Below are positions 36,180-45,748 of a stretch of DNA of 64,000 nucleotides, piece by piece. The notes beneath the pieces were generated by a model. The model saw nothing but the letters and a program-made list of their open reading frames with translations, was not told the DNA's origin and made no database searches. The stretch is from Candidatus Eiseniibacteriota bacterium (GTDB lineage Bacteria; Eisenbacteria; RBG-16-71-46; JABDJR01). The DNA lies in the NCBI GenBank assembly GCA_963762255.1, contig CAVXKA010000001.1, forward strand, positions 1,536,001 to 1,600,000, read 5' to 3'. The translations under genes and the position numbers were made by a program. Each line of letters starts with the position of its first letter. The first letter of the stretch is position 1.

Positions 36180-36848
36180 ATGCAGCGAGAACATGGACTG
36201 CGTCCGCAGTCGCGAGGCGAGGAGATCGCCAACAGCATCAGCCACGGGGTCGGCTTCCTCGCAAGCCTCGTGGGGGCTCCGTTCCTCATCGTCGCCGCGG
36301 TGCGCGAGGGGAGTGCGTGGAACGTGGTCGGCGCCAGCATCTTCGTGGCGTCGATGACGCTGCTCTACCTCTCCTCCACTCTCTATCACGCAATCCCCCA
36401 CGAGCGCGTGAAGCGGGTCTTCTGGGTCTTCGATCACGGCGCCATCTACCTGCTCATCGCCGGCACCTACACGCCGTTCACTCTAGGCGTCTTGCGGGGA
36501 GGTTGGGGCTGGACGCTCTTCGGTCTGGTATGGGGGATGGCCATCCTGGGGATCACGCTCAAGTCGGTGGGGCGCATTCGGCATCCGGTCTGGTCCACCG
36601 CCCTCTATCTCGGGATGGCGTGGTTGATCGTGATCGCGGTGCGCCCCCTGAGCCAGCATCTGCCGCTTCCGGGCCTCATCTGGTTGGGAATGGGTGGATT
36701 GTTCTACACCGGCGGCGTGGGCTTCTACGTGGCCAGGAAGGTGCGCTACAGCCATCTCGTGTGGCACTTCTTCGTGCTGGCCGGCACCGCGTGCCACTAC
36801 TTCGCGATCTTGTGGTACGCGTCGAATCCGAGGGAGTACTTGCGATGA
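36180..36848 (+). CDS. Hemolysin III (PAQR) family membrane protein
   Basis: EEIANSISHG; SSTLYH; DHGAIYLLIAGTYTP; HLVWHFFV. Confidence 0.94.
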   Translation: MQREHGLRPQSRGEEIANSISHGVGFLASLVGAPFLIVAAVREGSAWNVVGASIFVASMTLLYLSSTLYHAIPHERVKRVFWVFDHGAIYLLIAGTYTPFTLGVLRGGWGWTLFGLVWGMAILGITLKSVGRIRHPVWSTALYLGMAWLIVIAVRPLSQHLPLPGLIWLGMGGLFYTGGVGFYVARKVRYSHLVWHFFVLAGTACHYFAILWYASNPREYLR

Positions 36849-36945
36849 CACGACGAGTCGTCTCTGCCGCGACGCTCGTGGTCACGATTCTGCTCGCCAC
36901 CGGTGGGGGTCCGCCGGACGCGAAGCATTCGACAAGGAGGGGACC

Positions 36946-37422
36946 GTGTCGTTCGCCCTCACATCGTCCGCGTTCTCGCACGATGGATCCATACCCGCGA
37001 AGCACACGTGCGACGGCAAGGATGTCTCGCCGGCTCTGCGGTGGGCGGGAATCCCGCCCGGCAGCAAGAGCCTTGCCCTCATCGTCGACGATCCGGACGC
37101 GCCGGATCCCAAGGCGCCCAAGATGACCTGGGTGCACTGGGTGCTCTACAACATGCCGCCCACCGCGGGTGAGCTTCCGGAGTCGGTGGCGGTGAAAGCG
37201 CTGCCGGCGGGCACGCTAGAAGGGATCAATGACTGGAAACGCACCGGCTACGGGGGGCCGTGCCCTCCGATCGGCCGGCACCGCTACTTCCACAAGCTCT
37301 ACGCACTCGACGTGGCGCTCCCTGATCTGCACGGCCCCACGAAGACCAAGCTGGAAGCGGCGATGAAGGGACACATCCTGGCCGAGGCGGTGCTGATGGG
37401 AACCTACCAGCGCGAGAGGTAA
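36946..37422 (+). CDS. YbhB/YbcL (PEBP) family protein
   Basis: DDPDAP; WVHW; GYGGPCPP; HRYFHKLYALD. Confidence 0.94.
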   Translation: MSFALTSSAFSHDGSIPAKHTCDGKDVSPALRWAGIPPGSKSLALIVDDPDAPDPKAPKMTWVHWVLYNMPPTAGELPESVAVKALPAGTLEGINDWKRTGYGGPCPPIGRHRYFHKLYALDVALPDLHGPTKTKLEAAMKGHILAEAVLMGTYQRER

Positions 37423-37429
37423 GGCCCCG

Positions 37430-38575
37430 ATGACGCGCGAGATTCCCACCCTGCTCACCTCCCGCCTCACCTTGCGGCCGCTGCGTGCGGACGACCTCGA
37501 CGCTTTCCATCGGATCCTCTGCGAGCCGGACGTGCTGCGCTACTTCCCGAAACCCGAACCGCCATCGCGCGAGCGTGTGCGCGAGATCATCGAGGTTCAA
37601 GAGCGACACTGGGCGGAGCGCGGCTACGGCTGGTGGGCGGTTTCCCTCCGAGGTGCCGACGATTTCATCGGCTGGTGCGGCCTGCAGTACCTCCCCGACA
37701 CCGACGAGGTGGAGGTGGCCTGCCTGCTCGGTTCCACACATTGGGGGAAGGGATACGCCGTGGAAGGGGGCGCCGCGGCCCTCGCGTATGGATTCCGCGA
37801 GCTAGGGGCGAAGTCGATCGTGGCCGTCGTCCATCCGCAGAACTCGAACTCGCGCCGCGCGGTCGAGAAGCTCGGCTTGGCCTTCACCAACGACGCCTGC
37901 TACTTCGGCATGGACGCCCGTCGCTACGCGATCGATCGGGCCGCGTTCGCTGCGTGTGCGGGGGCGGGCGCGCGGCCCGGGAAGGCCGCCACGAAGTTCG
38001 AAGATCTCACGACGCCGCGACTCGTTCTGCGCCGGCTCCGCTCGGAAGATGCCGAATCGATGTTCCGCTACCGCTCACACCCGGTGGTCTCGCGATTCCA
38101 GAGTTGGGCGCCGGGAGCGCCGTCGGTGACCGCGGCCTTCATCGAGGAGCAGATCCGCATCGAGCCTGACACACCGGGGACGTGGTTGCAGCTCGGCATC
38201 GTCGCCAGCGACTCGGGCGAGCTCATCGGCGATTGCGGGATCCACTTCCCGCCGGGAACGAGCCACGACGTGGAACTGGGGATAACGCTGGCCGCGCAGC
38301 ACCAGGGACGCGGGTACGCGATGGAAGCACTGGAGGCGGTACTCGAGTACGTGTTCGAGCGGCTGGGGAAGCGACGCGTTTACGGTTCGGTCGATCCCCG
38401 AAACGCCCGGTCGCTCCATCTCCTGGAGCGGGCCGGGCTGCGCCGGGAAGCGCACTTCCGCGAGAGCCTGTGGTTCAAAGGGGCGTGGGCGGACGACGTG
38501 ATCTATGCCATGCTGGTGGGCGAATGGCGCTCGATGCGCCCGGCGCGGGTCGTCGATCGCGGAGGGTTCGACTGA
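37430..38575 (+). CDS. Tandem double RimJ/RimL GNAT acetyltransferase
   Basis: Two GNAT domains (HWGKGYA, HQGRGYA) joined by an Ala/Gly linker. Confidence 0.88.
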   Translation: MTREIPTLLTSRLTLRPLRADDLDAFHRILCEPDVLRYFPKPEPPSRERVREIIEVQERHWAERGYGWWAVSLRGADDFIGWCGLQYLPDTDEVEVACLLGSTHWGKGYAVEGGAAALAYGFRELGAKSIVAVVHPQNSNSRRAVEKLGLAFTNDACYFGMDARRYAIDRAAFAACAGAGARPGKAATKFEDLTTPRLVLRRLRSEDAESMFRYRSHPVVSRFQSWAPGAPSVTAAFIEEQIRIEPDTPGTWLQLGIVASDSGELIGDCGIHFPPGTSHDVELGITLAAQHQGRGYAMEALEAVLEYVFERLGKRRVYGSVDPRNARSLHLLERAGLRREAHFRESLWFKGAWADDVIYAMLVGEWRSMRPARVVDRGGFD

Positions 38576-38579
38576 TATC

Positions 38580-38969
38580 ATGCACGCTCATCGCCCTCAA
38601 CTGACCGCGCTCCCTCCTCGCAGGGCGTTCCTGCTCCGCCTCCTGAGCAGAATGATCATCGGCGCTGTGATTATCGGCTTCTGCTTGGGTGTGGGGGTGC
38701 TGGGCTACCACGTCTTCGCGGGACTCTCGTGGCTCGATGCGCTTCTCAACGCATCGATGATCCTGACCGGTATGGGGCCGGTGGACCCGATGAAGACGAC
38801 CGCCGCCAAGCTCTTCGCCTCGTTCTACGCGCTTTTCAGCGGGGTCGCGTTCATTTCCATCATCGGCGTGCTGCTCGCCCCGGTTGTGCATCGGTTTCTG
38901 CACCGCTTCCACCTGGAGTTGGCCTCGGACGTCCCGGACGACGACTCCGCGCCGCGGCCCGGGCAGTGA
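38580..38969 (+). CDS. Small two-TM ion-channel-like membrane protein
   Basis: WLDALLNASMILTGMGP; KLFASFYALFSG. Confidence 0.75.
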   Translation: MHAHRPQLTALPPRRAFLLRLLSRMIIGAVIIGFCLGVGVLGYHVFAGLSWLDALLNASMILTGMGPVDPMKTTAAKLFASFYALFSGVAFISIIGVLLAPVVHRFLHRFHLELASDVPDDDSAPRPGQ

Positions 38970-38983
38970 ACCGGGAGGGTTCC

Positions 38984-39271
38984 ATGTCGGCCTTCGTGAT
39001 CCTGGATGTGGATGTGACCGACCCCGCTCTGTACGAGGAGTACAAGAAGCTATCCGGACCGGCGCTGCTGCCGTTCGGGGGTCGCTTCGTCGTGCGCGGC
39101 GGTCCGGTGGAAGTCATCGAAGGCGATTGGCGTCCGTCGCGCGTGGTTGTGCTCGAGTTCCCGAGCGCCGAGCGCGCGCGTGCGTGGTGGGGCTCCGAGA
39201 TCTACCGCGGGGCGAAGGCCATTCGGCAACGGGCCTCGCGCGGCAACATGATCCTCCTGGAGGGTGCGTAG
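38984..39271 (+). CDS. DUF1330 protein
   Basis: GGRFVVRGG; VVLEFPS. Confidence 0.9.
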   Translation: MSAFVILDVDVTDPALYEEYKKLSGPALLPFGGRFVVRGGPVEVIEGDWRPSRVVVLEFPSAERARAWWGSEIYRGAKAIRQRASRGNMILLEGA

Positions 39272-39568
39272 ATGAAGTCCGCCGATCTGGTCGAGTACCA
39301 GCCTGGCGCGGTCGTGAGCCGTGCGTTGATCAAGAAGCCCACGGGCACGGTGACGGCCTTTGCGTTCGACGCCGGCGAGGGCTTGAGCGAGCACACGGCG
39401 CCGTTCGACGCGCTGGTCTTCGTGACCGACGGCGAGGCGGAGATCACCGTGGATGGTGTGCTCCACCCGGTGAAGGCGGGGGAGATGGTTGAATTGCCGG
39501 CCGGACGCCCCCATGCACTGAAGGCGATTCAGCGCTTCAAGATGGTGCTGGTGATGATCCGGGAATAG
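39272..39568 (+). CDS. Cupin domain protein
   Basis: LSEHTAPFDA; PHALKA. Confidence 0.9.
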   Translation: MKSADLVEYQPGAVVSRALIKKPTGTVTAFAFDAGEGLSEHTAPFDALVFVTDGEAEITVDGVLHPVKAGEMVELPAGRPHALKAIQRFKMVLVMIRE

Positions 39569-39651
39569 GCCGACCGGTTACTGCGCGCGCCGTTCAATTG
39601 CGCTATCTTGTGAATGGTCCCATTGGCCTGTAATTGAAGAGGAGGCACTGT

Positions 39652-40152
39652 ATGTACTCCATCGCCAAGCTCAGTCATGTCGTCGCCCTCTTGGCCCTGA
39701 CCGCCGTTGTCGGGTGCGCGGCGAGCAAGCCCTCGGTGAAGACCCCGCCCCCGCCGGTGTCGGCGATTCCGGCGGAGTTCGCCGAGATCCCCATGATGCG
39801 CTCATCGACGAACATCGAGCCCGCCGCCTTCAACGTGGCGATCGGGGCTGCGGCGGGTCGCAACGAGGACTGGGTGCGCGACCCAGGCCTGGTCGCCCTC
39901 CAACTGTCGAAGGCCGCCGATGCCCCCCGCGTGCGTCTCTACCGCGCGGACAACCAGATGGAATCGCCCGACTCGTCCACCGTGACGGTGATCATGGAGC
40001 GGCTTCCCGATGATGCCACCTACGGCATCTGGACCCAGTACCGCTTGACCCGCACGCAGGACGGGAGCTGGCGAGTGGCCGGCGTTCGGCAGGCCTACAA
40101 GAGCCGCCGCGGTGCCGACACCGAGTTCTACCGCACCGAGCCCACGCCCTGA
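39652..40152 (+). CDS. Lipoprotein
   Basis: GAGGAGG RBS; lipobox VVGC. Confidence 0.75.
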   Translation: MYSIAKLSHVVALLALTAVVGCAASKPSVKTPPPPVSAIPAEFAEIPMMRSSTNIEPAAFNVAIGAAAGRNEDWVRDPGLVALQLSKAADAPRVRLYRADNQMESPDSSTVTVIMERLPDDATYGIWTQYRLTRTQDGSWRVAGVRQAYKSRRGADTEFYRTEPTP

Positions 40153-40155
40153 CCC

Positions 40156-41148
40156 GTGCGCATGAACCTCTGGACGGTGGCGGCGCTCGTATTGCTCCTC
40201 AATCTCCCCTTCGGATACTGGAGGGCAAGCGTGGCCAGATTCTCGCGACCGTGGTTCTTGGCGGTGCATCTTCCCGTCCCGCTCGTGATAGGCCTGCGCA
40301 TGGTCTCCGGGCTTGGGTTCCAACTCGCCACGCTTCCCGTCATGGTCGGCGCGTTCTTCCTCGGCCAACTCCTCGGCGGATGGACGCGCCGATGGCGGAC
40401 CGCAGGGACACTGGTCCTGGTCGTATCGCTGGCCGTCGGGGCGTCGTCGTGCGGAAAGAGCAAGCAGCCGGCGCCGGGAGCGAAAGACGCACCGAGGAGC
40501 GTCATTGCGGCGAACGCGGACCCCGAATCGCTCTTCACCGCTCTCGAGGCCCGGCTCCTCGGCGCGCGCACGATCGACGTGGAGTACGACATCACCTCGG
40601 AGGGGTCCATCCCTTCGTCGGTCCAGGGCATGCTGACGGTGGCGACGGGGAACCGGGCCCACATGTCTCCGGCCGGGACGTTCATGGGTATGCCGGTCGA
40701 CCTCGCAATCGTCTCCGACGGATCGCGCCTGACCATTCAGAGAGACAGCACCATCGTCGGGGGGGCCACCCCTCCATTCCTCAACGAGGCGATCGTCATC
40801 GGTCTCACACGAATGGGCCATCTGCACAACATCGCCGTGTTGACCGGCGGCCTCCTGCCCGATCACTCGGACGGAGGAGCCGCGGATTGGGTGCGGCCCG
40901 CGAACTTCGCGCGGAGCGACTCGGTGGCGTCCCCCGATCCGACCTGGGTGACGGTGGCCTTCGACATCTTCATCGCGGACCGGAATGTGGCGCACGCGAC
41001 CCTCTGGCTGGATCCCGCGACCGGGCTTCCGGCCGGCCGCGCGCAGACGGTCTACTTCCCTTCCGGCGCCATGCGGGCGCGTGAGACGTACTCCAAGTTC
41101 TCCGTAGATGGGGAAGTTCCCCCCGAGCGGTTCGAGCCGGCGCACTGA
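40156..41148 (+). CDS. Small membrane domain fused to a LolA-like lipoprotein domain
   Basis: LLNLPFGYWR...WFLAVH; internal ASSC lipobox; TLWLDPATGLP. Confidence 0.6.
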   Translation: MRMNLWTVAALVLLLNLPFGYWRASVARFSRPWFLAVHLPVPLVIGLRMVSGLGFQLATLPVMVGAFFLGQLLGGWTRRWRTAGTLVLVVSLAVGASSCGKSKQPAPGAKDAPRSVIAANADPESLFTALEARLLGARTIDVEYDITSEGSIPSSVQGMLTVATGNRAHMSPAGTFMGMPVDLAIVSDGSRLTIQRDSTIVGGATPPFLNEAIVIGLTRMGHLHNIAVLTGGLLPDHSDGGAADWVRPANFARSDSVASPDPTWVTVAFDIFIADRNVAHATLWLDPATGLPAGRAQTVYFPSGAMRARETYSKFSVDGEVPPERFEPAH

Positions 41149-41323
41149 GGCGAGCGGGCCCGGGATGCGTTGCCGCGTCCCCGATTTGCGTGCTATCCTC
41201 TTGCGCTTCAATCCACTAGGCTTTCCGCGTCCGCGCTCCGCGAGCGTGCGCGCGGCGGCCCGCCGGTGCGGTTCCCGTCGCGCCGGATGAGTCTCAAACC
41301 GATCGCGAGGGGGCCCGCTGTCC

Positions 41324-42091
41324 ATGGCCCGTGCATCCACCAAGGCGCACTGGGACGCCTACTGGAAAGAACACACCGACCCCCACGTCACCTACGACAA
41401 CGACAACCGGGTCATCAACGCGATCCTTGCCCTCGGCGAGGTGCGTGGAAAGCGAATCCTGGAAGTGGGCGCGGGTTCGGGACGTGATTCGATCGAGTTG
41501 GCCCGCCGAGGCGCCCGCGTCACGGTGCTGGACTACGTCCGATCCTCGCTGGACGTGGTCGCCGACAACGCGCGCCAGGCCGGGGTGACCCTCGAAATGG
41601 TCTGCGGCGACGGGACCCGGATGCCCTTCCCGGAGGGGACCTTCGACGTCGTCTTCCACCAGGGTCTCCTCGAGCACTTCCGCGATCCGCGGCCCCTCGT
41701 CGCCGACAACCGCCGTGTGCTCAAGACCGGCGGGCACGTGGTCATCGATGTTCCCCAGCGCTGGCACATCTACACCTTGGGCAAGAAGGTCATGATCGCC
41801 CTCAATAGATGGTTCGCGGGCTGGGAAACCGAGTTCTCCATCCGGGAACTCTCGCGGCTCGTCGAGACGCAGGGGTTCGAAGTGGCCGCGCGCTTCGGCG
41901 ACTGGATGGTTCCGGGGTTCTTCTATCGCGCGACGCGCTACGGTTTGCGCGCGGTGGGCGTGCAGATCCCGCGCCAACCGAACATCGGGCCGCTGGGGAA
42001 GATGACCGACGCGTGGCGGAACTGGTTTCGCAAGCGGCCCGCGGCATTCTGGACGTTCGCCATGATCGGCGTGGTGGGGAAAAAGGTGTGA
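41324..42091 (+). CDS. Class I SAM methyltransferase
   Basis: ILEVGAGSG; FDVVFHQGLLEH. Confidence 0.9.
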   Translation: MARASTKAHWDAYWKEHTDPHVTYDNDNRVINAILALGEVRGKRILEVGAGSGRDSIELARRGARVTVLDYVRSSLDVVADNARQAGVTLEMVCGDGTRMPFPEGTFDVVFHQGLLEHFRDPRPLVADNRRVLKTGGHVVIDVPQRWHIYTLGKKVMIALNRWFAGWETEFSIRELSRLVETQGFEVAARFGDWMVPGFFYRATRYGLRAVGVQIPRQPNIGPLGKMTDAWRNWFRKRPAAFWTFAMIGVVGKKV

Positions 42092-43233
42092 GCTACCGCA
42101 TCTGTGTCATGTCCTATCGCGACATGAAGCACCCCGAGGCCGGGGGAGCCGAAGTCATCATCCAGGAGGTGTTCGCCCGCATCGCCGAGCGAGGCCACGA
42201 GGTCACGCTCCTGACAGGCATCTTCCCGGGGGCCTCGGCCACCGACCGCATCGGGCCGCTGGAGATCCACCGGACCGGCAGCGTGTACACCTACAATCAC
42301 CTGGCGCCCCGGTATTTCAACCGGCACCTGGCGTCGCGCGGATACGATTTGGTGGCCGAGGATCTGAACAAGATCCCGCTCTTTCTGCCGTGGCTGGTCA
42401 AGGTTCCCGAACTGGCCATCGTGCCCCATCTCTTCGGGACCACGGTGTTCCAGCAGGCATCGATCCCGATCGGCGCGTATGTCTGGAGCCACGAGCGGTT
42501 CATCCCGCGCGTCTACCGGAACACGATGTTCTCGGTGCTCTCCGAGAGCACCCGCAACGACCTGATCGCCCGGGGGCTGCCGGCGGAGAACCTGCGGGTG
42601 ATCCGCAGCGGGATGGATCACGATCTCTACAAACCGAGTTCGGTCCCGGTCAGCGCCCGCCCCCCCCGAATCGTTTACCTGGGAAGGCTCAAGAAGTACA
42701 AGTGCATCGAGCACCCGATCCTGGCCCTGCCCGAGGTCCTGGCGAAAGTGCCCGACGCCGAGTACTGGATCGTGGGGGAGGGGGATTACCGGGCGGAACT
42801 GGAACGTATTGCCAGCCGGCTCGGGGTGGCCGATCATGTGCGTTTCCCGGGGTTTATGGGTGGGGAGGACAAGGTCCGACTGCTGCAGGAATCGCGTGTG
42901 CTGGCCTACACCTCGCCCAAGGAAGGGTGGGGGCTCTCGGTCATCGAAGCGGGGGCCTGCGCCACCCCGGTGGTGGCCAGCAACTCGCCGGGGCTGTGCG
43001 AGTCGGTCGTGGACGGAAAGACAGGATTCCTTGTCCGCCACGGGGACATCGAGGACCTGGCCGGGAGACTGACGACCCTCCTCCGCGACGATGCCCTCGC
43101 GCAACGCATGGCCGAAGAAGGGGTGCGGTGGGCGGCTACGTTCAACTGGGAGTCCTCGGTGGAGAACACCCTCAAGCTCATCGACGAGATCGTGGCTGGC
43201 GCGCCTGGTCGCGGAAAGAACACGGGGAGGTAG
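42088..43233 (+). CDS. Glycosyltransferase family 4
   Basis: GGAE; LGRLKKYK; EGWGLSVIEA. Confidence 0.93.
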   Translation: MSYRICVMSYRDMKHPEAGGAEVIIQEVFARIAERGHEVTLLTGIFPGASATDRIGPLEIHRTGSVYTYNHLAPRYFNRHLASRGYDLVAEDLNKIPLFLPWLVKVPELAIVPHLFGTTVFQQASIPIGAYVWSHERFIPRVYRNTMFSVLSESTRNDLIARGLPAENLRVIRSGMDHDLYKPSSVPVSARPPRIVYLGRLKKYKCIEHPILALPEVLAKVPDAEYWIVGEGDYRAELERIASRLGVADHVRFPGFMGGEDKVRLLQESRVLAYTSPKEGWGLSVIEAGACATPVVASNSPGLCESVVDGKTGFLVRHGDIEDLAGRLTTLLRDDALAQRMAEEGVRWAATFNWESSVENTLKLIDEIVAGAPGRGKNTGR

Positions 43234-43237
43234 CACG

Positions 43238-45748
43238 GTGACCATGCTGTCGCGATTCGCCGAGGACAAGATCAACACGCTGGTCGCCTCGGTCGTCTTC
43301 CTGTTCACGCTGGTCGTCTACACGGTGACGATGACCCCCACCGTGCCTTTCTGGGACAGCGGTGAGTACATCGCCACGTCGTACATCCTGGGTGTTCCTC
43401 ATGCTCCGGGAACGCCGCTGTATGTATTGCTCGGCCGGATGTTCACCTTGCTACCCTTCGGCAATATCGCCCAGCGGGTGAACTGGTTCTCGGCGCTTTC
43501 GTCCGCCGTCGCCGTTCTCTTCATCTACCTGATCGCGGTGAAGGTGATCCGAAAGGTCTCCCCGATCGAGCGCGGTTCCATGAACCGCTATCTCGCCTAT
43601 GTGGGCGGGGCTGTGGGCGCGTTCATGGCGGCGTTCGCCACCACGTTCTGGGACAACGCGGTCGAAGCCGAAGTCTATGCCGCGTCCTGCGCCCTCATGG
43701 CGTTCGTGGTATGGCTGGTGCTGCGCTGGCAGGAGCGTCACGACCAGGGGAACGAGGACGGGCTCTTGCTCGTCATCACCTACATGGTAGGGCTCGGCAT
43801 CGGGATTCACCTGGGGGTAGCGATCGCGGCGTGGGCCGCGGTCATCTTCGTCTTCGCGTGCCGGCCGTCGTATCTCGGGAAGTGGGACTATCTGGGATGG
43901 GGGCTGGTGACCCTCTCTCTGGCCACCGGCATCCACTTGCCCGCCTTCCTGGTAGCGCCGATCGTGCTCGTGTTCACTCTGGTCGTCTGGCTCCTGACCG
44001 GCAAGCTCCGCAAGCTCGCGTTGTGGTCGGCGATTCTGTTCATGGTCGGGGTCTCGGTTCACCTCTTCCTCATCATCCGCTCGAACCTCGATCCGATGAT
44101 CAACGAAGCGGCCCCCAAGACCTGGGACGCCCTGTGGAAGATGTTGATTCGCGACCAGTACAAGCCGCCGCCCATCACCGACCGCAAGGCCGATCTCTGG
44201 TACCAGGTCGACACGATGTACCTGCGCTACATGTGGTGGAACTTCACGCTGTTCTTCGTGAAGGGGAAGGCGTTCTTCCAGCTCCCGATCCTCCTCGCGG
44301 TGATCGGGGCGGCGATCCACTTCTGGCGCGACCGCCGGACCGCCCTGTTGCTCGGCGTCCTGTTCGTGCTCCTGGGACCGGCCATGGTGATCTACCTGAA
44401 CTTCAAGGTGGGGGAAGTCCGCGAGCGCGACTATTTCTTCGTTCAGAACTTCCAGTTCATGGCGATCTGGGTCGGGGTGGGCGCGGCGTGGTCCATCGAG
44501 TGGCTGGTGCGGCAGTTCAAGAGCGCGTCCGCGCGACAGATGGTGGCCACCGGGGCTTCCTCGGCGCTCATCGCCATGTCGATATTGCCTCTCGGCACCA
44601 ACTTCCATCAGCACGACCGGCGCGGCATGTACGTGGCGCGCGACTACGCTTACAACATGCTGGTGGCGCTGGAGCCGAACGCGATCATCCTCACCAACGG
44701 TGACAACGACACCTTCCCGCTGTGGTACATCCAGGAGGTGGAGGGGGTCCGCAAGGACGTTCGGGTGGTGAATCTGAGCCTGCTCAACACCGACTGGTAC
44801 ATCAAGCAGCTCCGCGATCTCGTGCCGAAGGTGCCTCTGTCGTTCACCGACGCTCAGATCGCCGAGCTGCGGCCGTACCGGTCCAGCGCCGGGCGGATCA
44901 TGATGGTCAAGGACCAGGCGGTGGAGAACATCATCGCCACCAACAAGTGGCAACGTCCGCTCTACCTGGCGGTGACCGTTCCGGACGTCATGGCGCTCGA
45001 CAAGCAGTTGGTCATGGAAGGACTGGTGTTCCGGATCAATCCGACCCCGGTCACCGAGCGAATCAACCTGGCCAAGACCCTCGAGAATCTCAACAAGGTC
45101 TACAGGTACGAGGGGCTCCTGGTGCAGGACCCGACCAACTACGTGAACTCGTTCGGCGTGTACGACTCGACGGTGTTCAAGGACGACAATGCCACCCGTC
45201 TCGTGCAGAACTACGCCGCCGCGTTCAGCCGCGCCGCACTGGCCCTCTTCGAGGAGGGACGCACCGAGGAAGCGCTCAAGGAGATGGACAAGGCCGAGGC
45301 CATCTCCCCCTACTTCCCCGGGGTGGCGCTGGCGAAAGGCGTGCTCCTGGAAGAGTTGGGGCGTACCGGCGACGCGATCGCGCATTATCAGAAGATGCTG
45401 CAGCGTTATCACGGCGACTGGCAGATCGCGTTGCGGCTCGGGCAGGTCCTCCTCAACGACAGCCGGGCGGAAGAGAGCATTGCCTACTTCGAGATGGCGC
45501 GTCGGAACGCTCCCGGCGAGTACTATCCGTACCAGGGGTTGGCCAGCGCGTACTACCAGTTGAAGCGCTATCAGGAGGCGCTGGCCGTACTCGAGCAGCT
45601 TGCGGTGCAGCATCCCGAGGACAAGAACATCCGTGCCTACATCGAGGAGCTGCGCCAGTCCATGAAGTCCGGGGAAGTTCCCTCGGCGGGAGGCGATTCG
45701 GCGCGATCCTCGGGCGGCGGAGCGCCCGCGAACCCCAATGGGAACTGA
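43238..45748 (+). CDS. DUF2723/TMEM260-like polytopic GT-C protein with C-terminal TPRs
   Basis: FWDSGEYIA, HAPGTPLY, EAEVYA, RERDYFF, TNGDNDTFPLWY; TPR-like helices at the C-terminus. Confidence 0.9.
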   Translation: MTMLSRFAEDKINTLVASVVFLFTLVVYTVTMTPTVPFWDSGEYIATSYILGVPHAPGTPLYVLLGRMFTLLPFGNIAQRVNWFSALSSAVAVLFIYLIAVKVIRKVSPIERGSMNRYLAYVGGAVGAFMAAFATTFWDNAVEAEVYAASCALMAFVVWLVLRWQERHDQGNEDGLLLVITYMVGLGIGIHLGVAIAAWAAVIFVFACRPSYLGKWDYLGWGLVTLSLATGIHLPAFLVAPIVLVFTLVVWLLTGKLRKLALWSAILFMVGVSVHLFLIIRSNLDPMINEAAPKTWDALWKMLIRDQYKPPPITDRKADLWYQVDTMYLRYMWWNFTLFFVKGKAFFQLPILLAVIGAAIHFWRDRRTALLLGVLFVLLGPAMVIYLNFKVGEVRERDYFFVQNFQFMAIWVGVGAAWSIEWLVRQFKSASARQMVATGASSALIAMSILPLGTNFHQHDRRGMYVARDYAYNMLVALEPNAIILTNGDNDTFPLWYIQEVEGVRKDVRVVNLSLLNTDWYIKQLRDLVPKVPLSFTDAQIAELRPYRSSAGRIMMVKDQAVENIIATNKWQRPLYLAVTVPDVMALDKQLVMEGLVFRINPTPVTERINLAKTLENLNKVYRYEGLLVQDPTNYVNSFGVYDSTVFKDDNATRLVQNYAAAFSRAALALFEEGRTEEALKEMDKAEAISPYFPGVALAKGVLLEELGRTGDAIAHYQKMLQRYHGDWQIALRLGQVLLNDSRAEESIAYFEMARRNAPGEYYPYQGLASAYYQLKRYQEALAVLEQLAVQHPEDKNIRAYIEELRQSMKSGEVPSAGGDSARSSGGGAPANPNGN

